Of a stretch of 64,000 nt of DNA, positions 20,479-30,753 are shown in pieces. Both the position numbers and the translations under genes were made by a program. This DNA comes from Pseudomonadota bacterium (GTDB taxonomy: Bacteria; Bdellovibrionota_F; JAHFAK01; JBDREC01), in assembly GCA_043820105.1 (NCBI GenBank), contig JBDREC010000090.1, positions 1-64,000 of the forward strand, written 5' to 3'. Position 1 is the first letter of the stretch. The number at the start of each line of letters is the position of its first letter. The notes beneath the pieces were generated by a model, which was not told the DNA's origin, did no database searches, and worked only from the letters and a program-made list of their open reading frames with translations.

Positions 20479-20515
20479 GTAGAGAACAATAGTGCAAGGG
20501 AACAAGGTTTTGGAT

Positions 20516-21952
20516 TTAGGACAAGAAGAAATGCGGGACATTTACATTTAGTTCATCTGGGTCGATAGTGTTTACAATTGTTCTTTTGAACTTCCCATTA
20601 GCTTGATCATTTAAATCAACAATAATTCCACCAAGACTTTTTCCCATTGCATCAAGGACTAGTTTAATAATAGGTCTTGTGTAATCTTTTAAACCCTTTG
20701 GAATGTCAAAAACAATGCCTTTTTCGCGAGTGTCCAGTTCTACTGTAGTACCAATTGGATAAACACCAACCATATTAATAAAAACTCGAACTATAATAGT
20801 GTCATATTTTTTACCCATTGCTTCCATTAATACACGGATAGCTTCATCTGGTAAAAGACCAGGCTCATCACCAAGTGGTGTTGTAAGTTCAATAAAGGCA
20901 GCAACAACAGCTATTATTCTGGAAAATAAAATTGGTTTTGCTTTGAATGGATATGATATTAGTTTTTCATCTGTTTCACCTTTGACATTCATTTGACTTT
21001 CAAAGGCTGTTATAAAACGAGTTATCCAGGATTCATTAAAACTTTTAAACTTAATTAATGTTTTTAGTGAATAAATTGGAACCTTTCTAACTTCAAGCCA
21101 TTCAGCTATTGATAAGTTTCTGCCTTTTGCAAGAATTTCTTCAGGAAGTAATACTTTTCCAATATCAAAATAAAGGGCAGCAAGAGCAATTTCAGAAAGA
21201 TCATAATTGGAAAGTTTTAGTTTTCTGGCAAGCAGCATTGATAAAATTGAAGTATTAGCAATTTGTGCAAAGAGTTCTTTTCTATATTCAGGTAAAAATG
21301 TAATACCTATCCATTTATTATCTTCACCCTCACTAACATCAACAATTTGCTGTATTAGGCGCTTGAGGTGTTTAGGAGGGGCAGCTCCACCTTCCTTGTT
21401 TTTATTTATAAAATCCTTAATAAGCAACAAGTAAAGAGCATAAATCTGAAAAAAATCTATTTCTTCATCTGTATCATCGCCAAAGGATACTCTGTATTTT
21501 TTCTTAACTTTAATATTATTAAATTCAGCTTCATGGACTCTTTTTCCATTGTCATCATCCTTGATCGACAGAGTAAGAACTTGCAAAAAATCTACTAAAT
21601 CTTTTTCATTTAGATGACCAGTAAAGCGAATTTCTCCAATTCCAAGTTTATCGAAAACTTTTTTTGATGCCTCACCCTTTTTATATGCTTGAATATCGAG
21701 TTTAATGATATCTTCACCAATAAAAGGAAGTTCTTCAATAAATCTAAAATTACATTCAGCGTCACATTCCTGTAAAAAACCATTGATGGCTGTTTTTAAA
21801 TCATCAATGTAATTTTGCATTGTTTTATTTGAAAACTCGAGAAATGATAGGGATCTGAAAATAACTATTATCTGATGATAGATTTTAGTCCCATATTCTT
21901 GAAACATAATCTGTTCAGGTGATTTTTTATTATCCATAAAAGCTTGGGACAT
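20516..21952 (-). CDS. Degenerate HD-GYP-like domain protein
   Basis: HD-GYP scaffold (AALYFDIGK, SRIIAV, C-terminal YPIG) with the metal ligands substituted. Confidence 0.7.
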   Translation of the reverse strand: MSQAFMDNKKSPEQIMFQEYGTKIYHQIIVIFRSLSFLEFSNKTMQNYIDDLKTAINGFLQECDAECNFRFIEELPFIGEDIIKLDIQAYKKGEASKKVFDKLGIGEIRFTGHLNEKDLVDFLQVLTLSIKDDDNGKRVHEAEFNNIKVKKKYRVSFGDDTDEEIDFFQIYALYLLLIKDFINKNKEGGAAPPKHLKRLIQQIVDVSEGEDNKWIGITFLPEYRKELFAQIANTSILSMLLARKLKLSNYDLSEIALAALYFDIGKVLLPEEILAKGRNLSIAEWLEVRKVPIYSLKTLIKFKSFNESWITRFITAFESQMNVKGETDEKLISYPFKAKPILFSRIIAVVAAFIELTTPLGDEPGLLPDEAIRVLMEAMGKKYDTIIVRVFINMVGVYPIGTTVELDTREKGIVFDIPKGLKDYTRPIIKLVLDAMGKSLGGIIVDLNDQANGKFKRTIVNTIDPDELNVNVPHFFLS

Positions 21953-21958
21953 AAAATA

Positions 21959-23941
21959 TTATTCCTTTTCTAACATTTCAACAGCAAACTTGCATGCCTC
22001 TTTCAAGTCTTTTGGTGAAAACATGTTTTTGGCCTGTCTTTTTAAAAATGGTGAGTGAGTTTTATCACCAAGCATTCCAAGAGTCATTGCAGCTGAAGCT
22101 TGAGTTTCAATGAATTTTTTATTTTTAAATTTAGAAAATACTTTAAGTATATCGTATAAATAAGAGTCTTTAATTTTTGTAGTATTGTTAGCTATAATCA
22201 TCAAGCACTGACGTTTTTCCTCGACACTTAAATTATGAAATCTTCTTTCATTTACATAATTATTAATCTTTGTGAGGATTCTTACATCACTGTAATAATT
22301 TAAATAAGATAAGGCTTTTAGTCGTATCTTATCAGATGTATCATTAATCGCTTTTAAGTAAGCAGATAGAGCATATTCATTTTGTGACTGGCTAAGAGCA
22401 TCTAGAATGATAGCTTTTAATTCATCGGAGTTACTGTCAATATATGCTGAAGTCATTTTAATTGCATCATCAGATCCAATTTTAGAAAGCAGTGTTATTA
22501 GTTCTCTTTGTTGAGGAACAGAAATGTCTTCATCTTTTAGAAGATCTTCAATATCCCCGATTAGCTCATCACCAAATTTTGAGAATTGGTTTATAATCTT
22601 TCCTCTTAATGATTTGCTTTTAAAGAATTCTACCTTTGATAAAATAAACTTTCTAACTGCTTGGCTTGTTGAGAAAAGTAAAATTAAGCGATAGGCATCT
22701 TGATCATCATCAATAATCCCATTATTTATATCATCTACTATTCTTTCAATTCTTTTTAAAGTAATTGCACCATGTACAGCAGAAGTCAGGAGTGTAATAG
22801 TTTCGCTTTGCTTTTCTTCATCCTTTTTGGATTTTTCTTTGTCTTGATCAACTATCTTAAATACTTTTATATTTGAAATTTCCCTTAACTGGAATAATAC
22901 GTTAATTACCCAAGTATATTTTTTATTATCAATTAAATAGCCAATTAAATATGTTAATAATTCTATTGCCTCATTAAATTCTTCGCCCTCTTTAACCTCA
23001 GAAATAAAAATTAATAAAATTTGTACAAAGCGTTGAAGCAATTTTGTGTTTCTAACTTTGCCCAGTAAATCTATTTTTCTAAGATCCTTTGAATCCAGGT
23101 TTAATAAATCATTTGCAAAACTATCAGATGCTTCACTGTTCATGATTTCCTGAAAGTCTGATAAATCATAATGCTGCAGTACTCGTGTAAGCCTTTGTTT
23201 TTTAGCAGCTTTGGCATCACCTGAAGATTTTCCTTGTTTGTTTTTCGCATCTTTATTTGTTGATTGCTTACTCTGAAGGTCTTGCAAAAGAGATGAAAAT
23301 TCATTCGGATCAATAATATCTTCATCTGCTGATAATTCATGAAAAGATTCAATAATTTTATAACTTACATTTTCAAAGCGTTTTGACCACATTAGAGTGA
23401 TCATATCTTCATCTGCCATTTCTAGGCTGCCAAAGTCCGTGGTTAAGACATCTAAAAATGAAGCGACTTCATTGTGTGAAATGCCATTTGCAAAGGATAT
23501 ATTTCTAACGCCATCTTTAAAAAATTTGTAAGATAAAGAAGTCTCAAGTTCCTGATTAGTATATATTACTTCATTGTTATAAAGAAACTCAAAAGGTTTT
23601 ATGGTTACGGTCAATTCATTAAAAACCCTCAAATAGTCAATCATTGTGGCTGAGGTTTGCTCAACAAACTTTACGGTATTTTGGTGCCCCTTCTGAAACA
23701 TTACAATATTTTTAGCTGCTTTTGTAATCAAGTCAAAGATCATTCTAACATATCTTAAATGTTCATTTTTATTAGCAGCAGGATAAAACTCCATAACAGA
23801 TTTTTCTCTTGGAGTTTCTACAATACCTGTTGCTTTATCCTGGATTTTCGCTGGCTTTTCAGTGGTTTTAGTAATGCTAGGCCCTGTTAAAGGAGCCCCG
23901 CGAATATCAGTAACTTTCTTTTTTTGACTCTTTTCTACCAT
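21959..23941 (-). CDS. HEAT-repeat protein co-transcribed with the HD-GYP-like gene
   Basis: Helical C-terminal repeats (IRLKALSYL, AAMTLGMLG); N-terminal DGVRNISFANG motif resembles that of the neighbouring gene. Confidence 0.65.
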   Translation of the reverse strand: MVEKSQKKKVTDIRGAPLTGPSITKTTEKPAKIQDKATGIVETPREKSVMEFYPAANKNEHLRYVRMIFDLITKAAKNIVMFQKGHQNTVKFVEQTSATMIDYLRVFNELTVTIKPFEFLYNNEVIYTNQELETSLSYKFFKDGVRNISFANGISHNEVASFLDVLTTDFGSLEMADEDMITLMWSKRFENVSYKIIESFHELSADEDIIDPNEFSSLLQDLQSKQSTNKDAKNKQGKSSGDAKAAKKQRLTRVLQHYDLSDFQEIMNSEASDSFANDLLNLDSKDLRKIDLLGKVRNTKLLQRFVQILLIFISEVKEGEEFNEAIELLTYLIGYLIDNKKYTWVINVLFQLREISNIKVFKIVDQDKEKSKKDEEKQSETITLLTSAVHGAITLKRIERIVDDINNGIIDDDQDAYRLILLFSTSQAVRKFILSKVEFFKSKSLRGKIINQFSKFGDELIGDIEDLLKDEDISVPQQRELITLLSKIGSDDAIKMTSAYIDSNSDELKAIILDALSQSQNEYALSAYLKAINDTSDKIRLKALSYLNYYSDVRILTKINNYVNERRFHNLSVEEKRQCLMIIANNTTKIKDSYLYDILKVFSKFKNKKFIETQASAAMTLGMLGDKTHSPFLKRQAKNMFSPKDLKEACKFAVEMLEKE

Positions 23942-24104
23942 AAATATTTGCTAACTTTATTTTATTTGATAAGATATTGTATTTATTTTAATATAATTTT
24001 ACAACCATAAAAAATAATAAAAAATTCAAACAGATTTAACATAAAAAAGCAAATCCTAGTTTTCTAAGTTCTTAATTAGATAGAAAAAACCTTGATATTT
24101 AAAA

Positions 24105-24121
24105 ATGGCACACAAAATGCA
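24105..24121 (+). promoter_or_regulatory. sigma54 promoter for the lipoprotein cluster
   Basis: TGGCAC-ACAAA-ATGCA, GG-N10-GC; TTTAACATAAAAA 69 bp upstream. Confidence 0.7.
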
Positions 24122-24197
24122 CTAATATTGGATGAATGAGCTTATTTATTCTTTTATTATATAAATAAGCCTTTTGGAGGAAAACAAAGGAAAAAAT

Positions 24198-25631
24198 ATG
24201 AAAAAGAAATTAAGTAAAATATTCAAAGTAAATTTAATTCTAAACTCTTTAATTATTCCTATCTTTTTTATTTCATGTACAGGAAGTGATGTTGGTGTAA
24301 GTAAAGCTGGTGTTGAATATAATTATATAGATGCAGACGGTGATGGTAAAAATGATAATGAAAAACCTGATTTTTGCACCTCAGGTATTGGTGATAGTAC
24401 GGATTCAGATGCAGATGGAATAAGTGATGAAGATGAAGAAAGCTATGGCACAAGCAAAAGTCTAGACGATACAGATGGTGATGGCTTGTCAGATTTTTAT
24501 GAAATCTGCTATTTTGGTTCTGATCCTAATAATACTGATTCTGATGGTGATGGTTTAAATGATGGTACAGAGTATTCTATATATCAAGCATGCTATGGCG
24601 ACTTAGAACATGATAATGATGAAGATGGTTTAACTTGTGAATATGAAGTCCTGCAAGGAACTGATCCTAATGATGCTGATACTGATGATGATGCTTTAAG
24701 TGATTCAGTGGAAACAGATACAGGAAGCTATGTTGATGCAACAGATACTGGAACTGATCCTCTTGATAGTGATACAGATGATGATGGTTTGCTTGATGGT
24801 GTTGAAACTAATACAGGTATTTATGTAAGTTCAACTGATACTGGCTCAGATCCATTTGTTGTTGATACTGACAGTGATGGTCTTACAGATGGCGAAGAAA
24901 TAAATACTTATAATACAGATCCAAATGACACAGACACAGATGACGGTACAGTTTCAGATTATGATGAAGTAGAGCAGGGAACTGATCCAACTAACCCTGA
25001 GGATGATATTATTGAGCCCGCTGTGGATCCTGATGATGTTGGTGATCCATATGAAACACAAGAAGCCTTATATAATGGTCTTTCTGATAAATTTTTTGAC
25101 TCTTTTGATGTCAGAATCAATGATTTTACTTATGATAATCTTGCTAATATGCTTGTTAGCGTTGAAGCAATGATAGATGCTATTCAGGAAATTTTTGAGA
25201 TGATTAGGTGCGATGGCCCTGGCAGTAATCTTCCTGATGATGAAGTTAGTATGGTTATTGAAATGTTGGCTGAAGAAATTTTTACAATGATGGTTGAAGA
25301 TATTAGCGTAAATTTAACACCTGAATACTTGGGAAGCTTAAGTGATTCAGAATATAATAATTTGCTTTCAAATTTTGGTCAAAGCTGTGAATCTTTAGCA
25401 GGTTATTTAACAACTAATTATAGTGCAGATAATGCAAATACCCTGGCGGTTGCAGGTTTAGTTACAGAAGTTCAAGCCCTGCAAGCTTATACTCCAGCAA
25501 GTGTAGCTATGGCATCTGCTTCATTTAGTGCCTTTTCTTCAGCTAATTTAATGGCGAATGTTGCTACAAATATGCAGGCAAATTATGGTGCTAGTTATGC
25601 AAATACTGGCACAATGAATATGTTTAGATAG
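24198..25631 (+). CDS. Lipoprotein with bacterial TSP3-type Ca-binding repeats
   Basis: ATG 24198, lipobox FISC, many DxDxDGLxD..E...GTDP repeats, helical C-terminus. Confidence 0.8.
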   Translation: MKKKLSKIFKVNLILNSLIIPIFFISCTGSDVGVSKAGVEYNYIDADGDGKNDNEKPDFCTSGIGDSTDSDADGISDEDEESYGTSKSLDDTDGDGLSDFYEICYFGSDPNNTDSDGDGLNDGTEYSIYQACYGDLEHDNDEDGLTCEYEVLQGTDPNDADTDDDALSDSVETDTGSYVDATDTGTDPLDSDTDDDGLLDGVETNTGIYVSSTDTGSDPFVVDTDSDGLTDGEEINTYNTDPNDTDTDDGTVSDYDEVEQGTDPTNPEDDIIEPAVDPDDVGDPYETQEALYNGLSDKFFDSFDVRINDFTYDNLANMLVSVEAMIDAIQEIFEMIRCDGPGSNLPDDEVSMVIEMLAEEIFTMMVEDISVNLTPEYLGSLSDSEYNNLLSNFGQSCESLAGYLTTNYSADNANTLAVAGLVTEVQALQAYTPASVAMASASFSAFSSANLMANVATNMQANYGASYANTGTMNMFR

Positions 25632-25644
25632 GAAGATTAAAATT

Positions 25645-26922
25645 ATGACGAGAGAATTGTTTTACACAATATGCTTTATTATAATTACTTTAAGTGTTTA
25701 CTCTTGTGGTGGATCTCAAGTTATACCACAGGAAACGACAGTAATAGATGTTTATGAAGGCGGTGACGGTAACGGTAACGGTGACGGTGATGGTGATGGT
25801 GATGGTAACAGCGATGGATCTGATTATAAGAGTTTTAGTATGTGCTTAGAAGATGCAAGTGATGCTGATGCTAACGGGATTTCAGATTGTATGGAAGAAT
25901 ATTTAAGTCAGAATGAATGTGACTTGTTGGAAGATTGTGACAATGATGGTATTTTATCAATCAATGAAATTCTTCCAACTGTATATTATCCTTGTTATTA
26001 CTACTATTCAATTGATAATGCTACTTATAATTCAGATTATGCAAGCCAGTGTGCTAATTATGAAGAATATTATTCTGAAAGTCTTATTTCCTATACTTAC
26101 TATTACTATGATGATACTAATGAATATAACTATGGTTTTTCTATTTCAGATCCAATGAATTTAAACTCAGATAATGATGGCCTGTCAGATTTCGAAGAGG
26201 CTGAACTTTATTTAGATCCACTTAGTGACGATACTGATGGAGACGAGATCTCAGATTCAAGTGAAATTAATGGATATTATGAAAATAAGGGAATAGTAAC
26301 TTCTCCAAATTATGCAAACACAGATGGAGAAGATTATAATGATAAATTAGATATCGATTATGATTTGAATCCAAGTGACAATGATATACCAAATTCACTT
26401 GAAGCCTGTATGTCAAGCCAGGATTCTGAATATTATAGTGATGGTTACGGTGGTTTAAAGTTTAGTTTTAATGCTGTTGCTGATAAAAGATATTATGCTT
26501 TAAAGATTTATTATTCAAATATTACGACCAATAAATATACATATGCCATTTTAGATATTGATAATTCTGACTGGGGTTTCGCGGACGCTTTTCAATCAAG
26601 TGATGTTTTTTATGCTGAATCCAGATTAACAGACCTTACAGATGACCTTTATAGCTATTACTATTGCACATACACTGATGATAGTCTTACAGTCAGCTGT
26701 TATCTTGATAATTATGCAATGGATAGCCTTGATGATGGCGGTGATGCAGAGACTGATATTTATATTGCTTTAGCAATTTATGATGACGATTCTAATGAAT
26801 TAGAAACAAATTTTTCAGATAATTTATTTATTGGCTCACCTGCCGGGCGAGATGGCTTTGAAGCAACAAATACATGTTTGGAAGCCAGCCATGCAGCACA
26901 AATGAGCCTAGGTTTACGTTAA
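25645..26922 (+). CDS. Lipoprotein with short GN/GD linker, TSP3 repeats and Tyr/Asp-rich FN3-like C-terminal domain
   Basis: Lipobox VYSC; DxDxDG repeats; FSFNAVADKRYYALK. Confidence 0.75.
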   Translation: MTRELFYTICFIIITLSVYSCGGSQVIPQETTVIDVYEGGDGNGNGDGDGDGDGNSDGSDYKSFSMCLEDASDADANGISDCMEEYLSQNECDLLEDCDNDGILSINEILPTVYYPCYYYYSIDNATYNSDYASQCANYEEYYSESLISYTYYYYDDTNEYNYGFSISDPMNLNSDNDGLSDFEEAELYLDPLSDDTDGDEISDSSEINGYYENKGIVTSPNYANTDGEDYNDKLDIDYDLNPSDNDIPNSLEACMSSQDSEYYSDGYGGLKFSFNAVADKRYYALKIYYSNITTNKYTYAILDIDNSDWGFADAFQSSDVFYAESRLTDLTDDLYSYYYCTYTDDSLTVSCYLDNYAMDSLDDGGDAETDIYIALAIYDDDSNELETNFSDNLFIGSPAGRDGFEATNTCLEASHAAQMSLGLR

Positions 26923-26947
26923 AAGCTAATTACGGAGGGATAGTAAA

Positions 26948-27664
26948 ATGAAAAGCTTATTTTTAACAGTGCCATTGACAATTATTGCATGCTTAAGTTT
27001 TCTCTCATGCAGCTCAGAAGCTCAATATGAAATCAAAAGTGCTTCAGGCGAAGATCAATGTAAAGTTTATGTTGATGCAGATGATGTAAAATTCGCTGCA
27101 GCCTACACTGGACTGGGTGGTGGAGATAGTCTTCCTAAAGGTGGTGGATCTTGTACTTTGGATTCAGACAGCGATGGTGTTTGTAATGCTGATGATAATT
27201 GTCCAATGATACCAAATCCACTACAAACTGATAGTGACAAAGATGGTATTGGTGATATGTGTGATACTTCCATTCCAGATTTCAGTGGCGATGGCGATGG
27301 AGATGGAGATGGCGATGGCGATGGCGATGGAGATGGCGACGGTGACGGTGATGGCGATGGCGACGGTGATGGCGATGGTGACGGTGATGGTGATGGCGAT
27401 GGCGACGGTGACGGCGATGGAGATGGCGACGGTGATGGAGATGGCGACGGTGACGGCGATGGCGATGGAGATGGCGATGGTGATGGAGATGGCGATGGCG
27501 ATGGAGATGGAGATGGTGACGGTGATGGCGACGGCGATGGTGACGGTGATGGCGACGGTGATGGCGATGGAGACGGCGATGGCGATGGCGATATTGACGA
27601 TTTTAGTGACAGAGAATTGATTGTTGATGAAGAGGGAAATGTGTATTATCTTGTGGATTGTTAA
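26948..27664 (+). CDS. Lipoprotein with TSP3 repeat and (Gly-Asp)51 tract
   Basis: Lipobox [28 protein letters not shown]; 306-nt GGNGAY tract. Confidence 0.8.
   Translation: MKSLFLTVPLTIIACLSFLSCSSEAQYEIKSASGEDQCKVYVDADDVKFAAAYTGLGGGDSLPKGGGSCTLDSDSDGVCNADDNCPMIPNPLQTDSDKDGIGDMCDTSIPDFSGDGDGDGDGDGDGDGDGDGDGDGDGDGDGDGDGDGDGDGDGDGDGDGDGDGDGDGDGDGDGDGDGDGDGDGDGDGDGDGDGDGDGDGDGDGDGDGDGDGDGDIDDFSDRELIVDEEGNVYYLVDC
27287..27592 (+). repeat. Coding hexamer repeat (GGNGAY)x51
   Basis: Variation only at synonymous codon positions. Confidence 0.95.
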
Positions 27665-27737
27665 GAGTTTAATAAGCTAATTATTTTTTTGACCTTTTAT
27701 TTCTGTAATACTAATCAAATATCGATAAGAATGAATC

Positions 27738-27785
27738 GGTAACGGTAACGGGCACGGGCACGGTAACGGTAACGGGCACGGTAAC
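27738..27785. repeat. Intergenic hexamer array (GGTAAC/GGGCAC)x8
   Basis: Direct reading; GC-rich island in an AT-rich spacer. Confidence 0.9.
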
Positions 27786-27829
27786 GTTTATGGGATCGAA
27801 AATGGTAACAATATATATAAAAGGTATTT

Positions 27830-28702
27830 ATGTCTGAATTAAAAACTTTGATAAGTTATGCGGAAAAAGATTATGAGTTGATAGATAGTGGAGAAGGTTA
27901 TAAATTAGAACGATTTGGGAAATATGTTTTGTCACGAACTGATCCGCAGGCTTTATGGAAAAAACTTTTACCTTGCTCTGTTTGGGACAAGGCACATGGG
28001 AAATTTATTCAGGAAGCAAAAAAAGCCAGCTGGGAGCTTAATTCAGACCTGCCTGCCTGCTGGGAAATTAAAATATCAGGATTGTGTTTTAAAATAAAAC
28101 CAACCAGCTTTAAACATGTGGGTATTTTTCCGGAGCAATCCTCAAACTGGGATTTTATCTATAATAAAATAAAGGAAGCCAAAAGGCAGATATCTGTTCT
28201 CAACCTTTTTGGATACACAGGTGCTGCCACTTTAGCAGCCCTTAAGGCAGGAGCTGAAGTGTGCCATGTGGATGCTTCAAAAGTAGCCATTACCTGGGCA
28301 AATGAAAATGCCGACTTAAATGGCTTAAATAGAAATAAAACCAGATGGATGCTTGATGATGCCTTAAAATTTATTAAAAGAGAATTAAAAAGAGGCCGGA
28401 TTTATGATGCTGTAATCATGGATCCACCAGCTTTCGGACATGGTGCAGGCGGAGAAATATGGAAAATCGAAAAAAATTTTACTGAACTTCTGGAAATTGC
28501 TAAAAGTCTCTTATCAAAGGATCCTTTGTTTTTTTTAATAAATGGCTATGCTTCAGGATATTCGTCAATAGCTTATCAAAATAACCTTCTTGATCTTGCT
28601 GAAAAACTGGGTGGAAAAATAACTCACGGCGAATGCGCTATTGCTGAAGCAAAATCAGACAGACTGCTGCCTTGCGGGATATACGCAAGATGGGAAAAAT
28701 AA
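27830..28702 (+). CDS. Class I SAM-dependent methyltransferase (RlmI/RlmK-like)
   Basis: YELIDSG..KLERFG, GIFPEQ, VLNLFGYTG, MDPPAFG. Confidence 0.88.
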   Translation: MSELKTLISYAEKDYELIDSGEGYKLERFGKYVLSRTDPQALWKKLLPCSVWDKAHGKFIQEAKKASWELNSDLPACWEIKISGLCFKIKPTSFKHVGIFPEQSSNWDFIYNKIKEAKRQISVLNLFGYTGAATLAALKAGAEVCHVDASKVAITWANENADLNGLNRNKTRWMLDDALKFIKRELKRGRIYDAVIMDPPAFGHGAGGEIWKIEKNFTELLEIAKSLLSKDPLFFLINGYASGYSSIAYQNNLLDLAEKLGGKITHGECAIAEAKSDRLLPCGIYARWEK

Positions 28703-28752
28703 AGACCTATATTGGAATTTTTCTTGTCTCTTTCTTCGAAACCTGTGATTAT

Positions 28753-28794
28753 GATTATGATTAAGTTGAGGATTATGAGCATGAATGCTTCTTG
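28753..28794. repeat. 42-bp dispersed repeat built on GATTAW hexamers
   Basis: 41/42 identical to the reverse complement of 34605-34646. Confidence 0.85.
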
Positions 28795-28817
28795 AATGCT
28801 TGGAAGTTTTTGTTTTT

Positions 28818-29028
28818 ACCACAGAGGCACAGAGACACAGAGGTTTTAAAAAAAAGTATTTTAAATGGAATTTAAAATTCTTTTTTAATAATTTTATTAC
28901 AAAAGCACTTTTTCCTTTCCCATAATAAAGGAGTAAAAATTCATTCTTTAAAAACTTTCCCAAAATGTATTTAAAGTTTTACTTTAAATACATTTTTTTC
29001 CATCTCTGTGTCTCTGTGCCTCTGTGGT
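28818..29028. repeat. Perfect 25-bp inverted repeat (ACCACAGAGGCACAGAGACACAGAG) enclosing a second perfect 16-bp hairpin
   Basis: Arms 28818-28842 and 29004-29028; inner arms 28962-28977 and 28981-28996. Confidence 0.92.
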
Positions 29029-29313
29029 TTCCCAAAAACATTCAATCAAGCAAAAATCACCTATAAAAAAACCAAGCATAGACTAAATGGCCGATTGAAA
29101 TCATAATTGTTATTATAATTTAATAACTACATTTTAGTTCAAAAATATATATAGGAGCTATTGTTTAGAATAATGTGTGTGGGGACAATTTCCCAGAGAT
29201 TCAAACCACCGTTTGTAAAATAGGTTAACAAAAGTAAAGCACCTTTAACATAAAAACACCATCTTTCTGTCTGCAATAGCTGATAATTAAAGATAAAAGC
29301 TAAATTTAAGCTT

Positions 29314-29330
29314 TTGGCACGACTCCTGCT
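29314..29330 (+). promoter_or_regulatory. sigma54 promoter
   Basis: TTGGCAC-GACTC-CTGCT; TTTAACATAAAAA 69 bp upstream. Confidence 0.75.
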
Positions 29331-29391
29331 ATTATTAATTTTGAAGGATTAAAATTTATTTAATCCAACATTATGGCTAAAAACGGAGGAA

Positions 29392-30534
29392 ATGGGAATG
29401 AGGAATTTACTTAAACTATCTTTAGTTATTTCTAATTTATTTATTCTATTAATTTTCACAGCAAATGTCATTTCATGTTCAGGCTCAGGAGAGGTTGACG
29501 GAAAAGATAACAATCCAGCGTCTAGTGATACTGATGGGGATGGAATCATAGATTCAGAAGATAATTGTATTGATATAATAAATGTTGATCAGGCGGATGC
29601 AGATTTGGATGGAATTGGTGATTTATGTGAAACAGACCCTGCTGGTGATGGTGATGGTGATGGTGATGGTGATGGAGACGGCGATGGTGATGGAGACGGC
29701 GATGGTGATGGAGACGGTGATGGCGACGGCGATGGTGATGGCGATGGAGATGGTGACGGTGAAGCAAGCTTCCTTCCTAGTGCAGATGGAGAAAGAAGTT
29801 TTCTTGGACTTAGCGATGGTATAGGGAGTGAAGAGGAGTCTACAACAAGAACAAGTACTGGGCAATTAGAATATTCTTTGGATAGCACTGATACTCAAAC
29901 AGATACTCTGTTTACCAGTGTTGATGATGGAACCTGGACAGGCAGAGAAACATGCTCATCAGTCTATAGTGGCGATTCTATTATGTCAGGTTTATATATT
30001 TGGGAAAAAAATCTTTATGATTATGAAAAGGCAAGCATTCAATGTAGGACCATTGATAATAATGGAGATATTAATTTTGATACTTTTCAGACTAGTGATT
30101 ATTTTTTTGATGAAAGCGGAAGTGGTGATTTTCAAAAAACCGTATTGAATGATGACAGCCAGTTACCTATTGGTATCGGTGTGCTTTATAAGGTTGGTTC
30201 TAAAGATAAAATTGGTAGTTTCGCGCTAATTAGCTCGAGTATTGACAACATTTTCTCATCTTCTGAGCGAGATGTTGAAAATTATTCTGAACCAACTGCT
30301 AACGAAGAATGTTTAGATAGAGATGATGCCTGGAGTGAGCTTTTATCAATTCTGCTTACTGGAGGAATGAGTCTTGGCTCTTCTAGCGATTCACTTCCTG
30401 GTGAAATTGAATATAATGAAATTACCTGTGATTATGGTTATGTATTAACTGGTTTAAATCTGAAAGTAAGTTCAGGCAGCTATGTTGAAATTTATAACAT
30501 TGGAATTCATTGTACAAAATTAAATTATGAATAG
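29392..30534 (+). CDS. Lipoprotein: TSP3 module, (GD)19 linker, putative beta-prism-like C-terminal domain
   Basis: Lipobox VISC; repeats of the C..xYVLTGL type (IMSGL, LPIGI, VLTGL). Confidence 0.78.
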   Translation: MGMRNLLKLSLVISNLFILLIFTANVISCSGSGEVDGKDNNPASSDTDGDGIIDSEDNCIDIINVDQADADLDGIGDLCETDPAGDGDGDGDGDGDGDGDGDGDGDGDGDGDGDGDGDGDGDGEASFLPSADGERSFLGLSDGIGSEEESTTRTSTGQLEYSLDSTDTQTDTLFTSVDDGTWTGRETCSSVYSGDSIMSGLYIWEKNLYDYEKASIQCRTIDNNGDINFDTFQTSDYFFDESGSGDFQKTVLNDDSQLPIGIGVLYKVGSKDKIGSFALISSSIDNIFSSSERDVENYSEPTANEECLDRDDAWSELLSILLTGGMSLGSSSDSLPGEIEYNEITCDYGYVLTGLNLKVSSGSYVEIYNIGIHCTKLNYE

Positions 30535-30682
30535 AAATTATAAGGGCAATGGAATTCTGAAAAATCAGACCATTTTATGCAATACGTAAAACGACATACG
30601 ATTTCTTGACGTTTTTAACATAAAAAACAAAATGTTTTCAGTCAAGCAGTTGTAAATAAAGCACAAATCACTTTTGGCTCTT

Positions 30683-30699
30683 TTGGCACACCTCCTGCA
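30683..30699 (+). promoter_or_regulatory. sigma54 promoter
   Basis: TTGGCAC-ACCTC-CTGCA; TTTAACATAAAAA 68 bp upstream; IHF-like AGTCAAGCAGTTG in between. Confidence 0.75.
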
Positions 30700-30753
30700 A
30701 TTATTTTCCTTGAAGAATAAATTTATCCGTAAACTCTTTAATTTGAGTTTATA

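Noticed and set aside
28655-28963. 102-aa minus-strand ORF
   Set aside because: Largely a translation of repeat arms (LCLCASVV, HNHNH); overlaps the methyltransferase stop; non-ATG start
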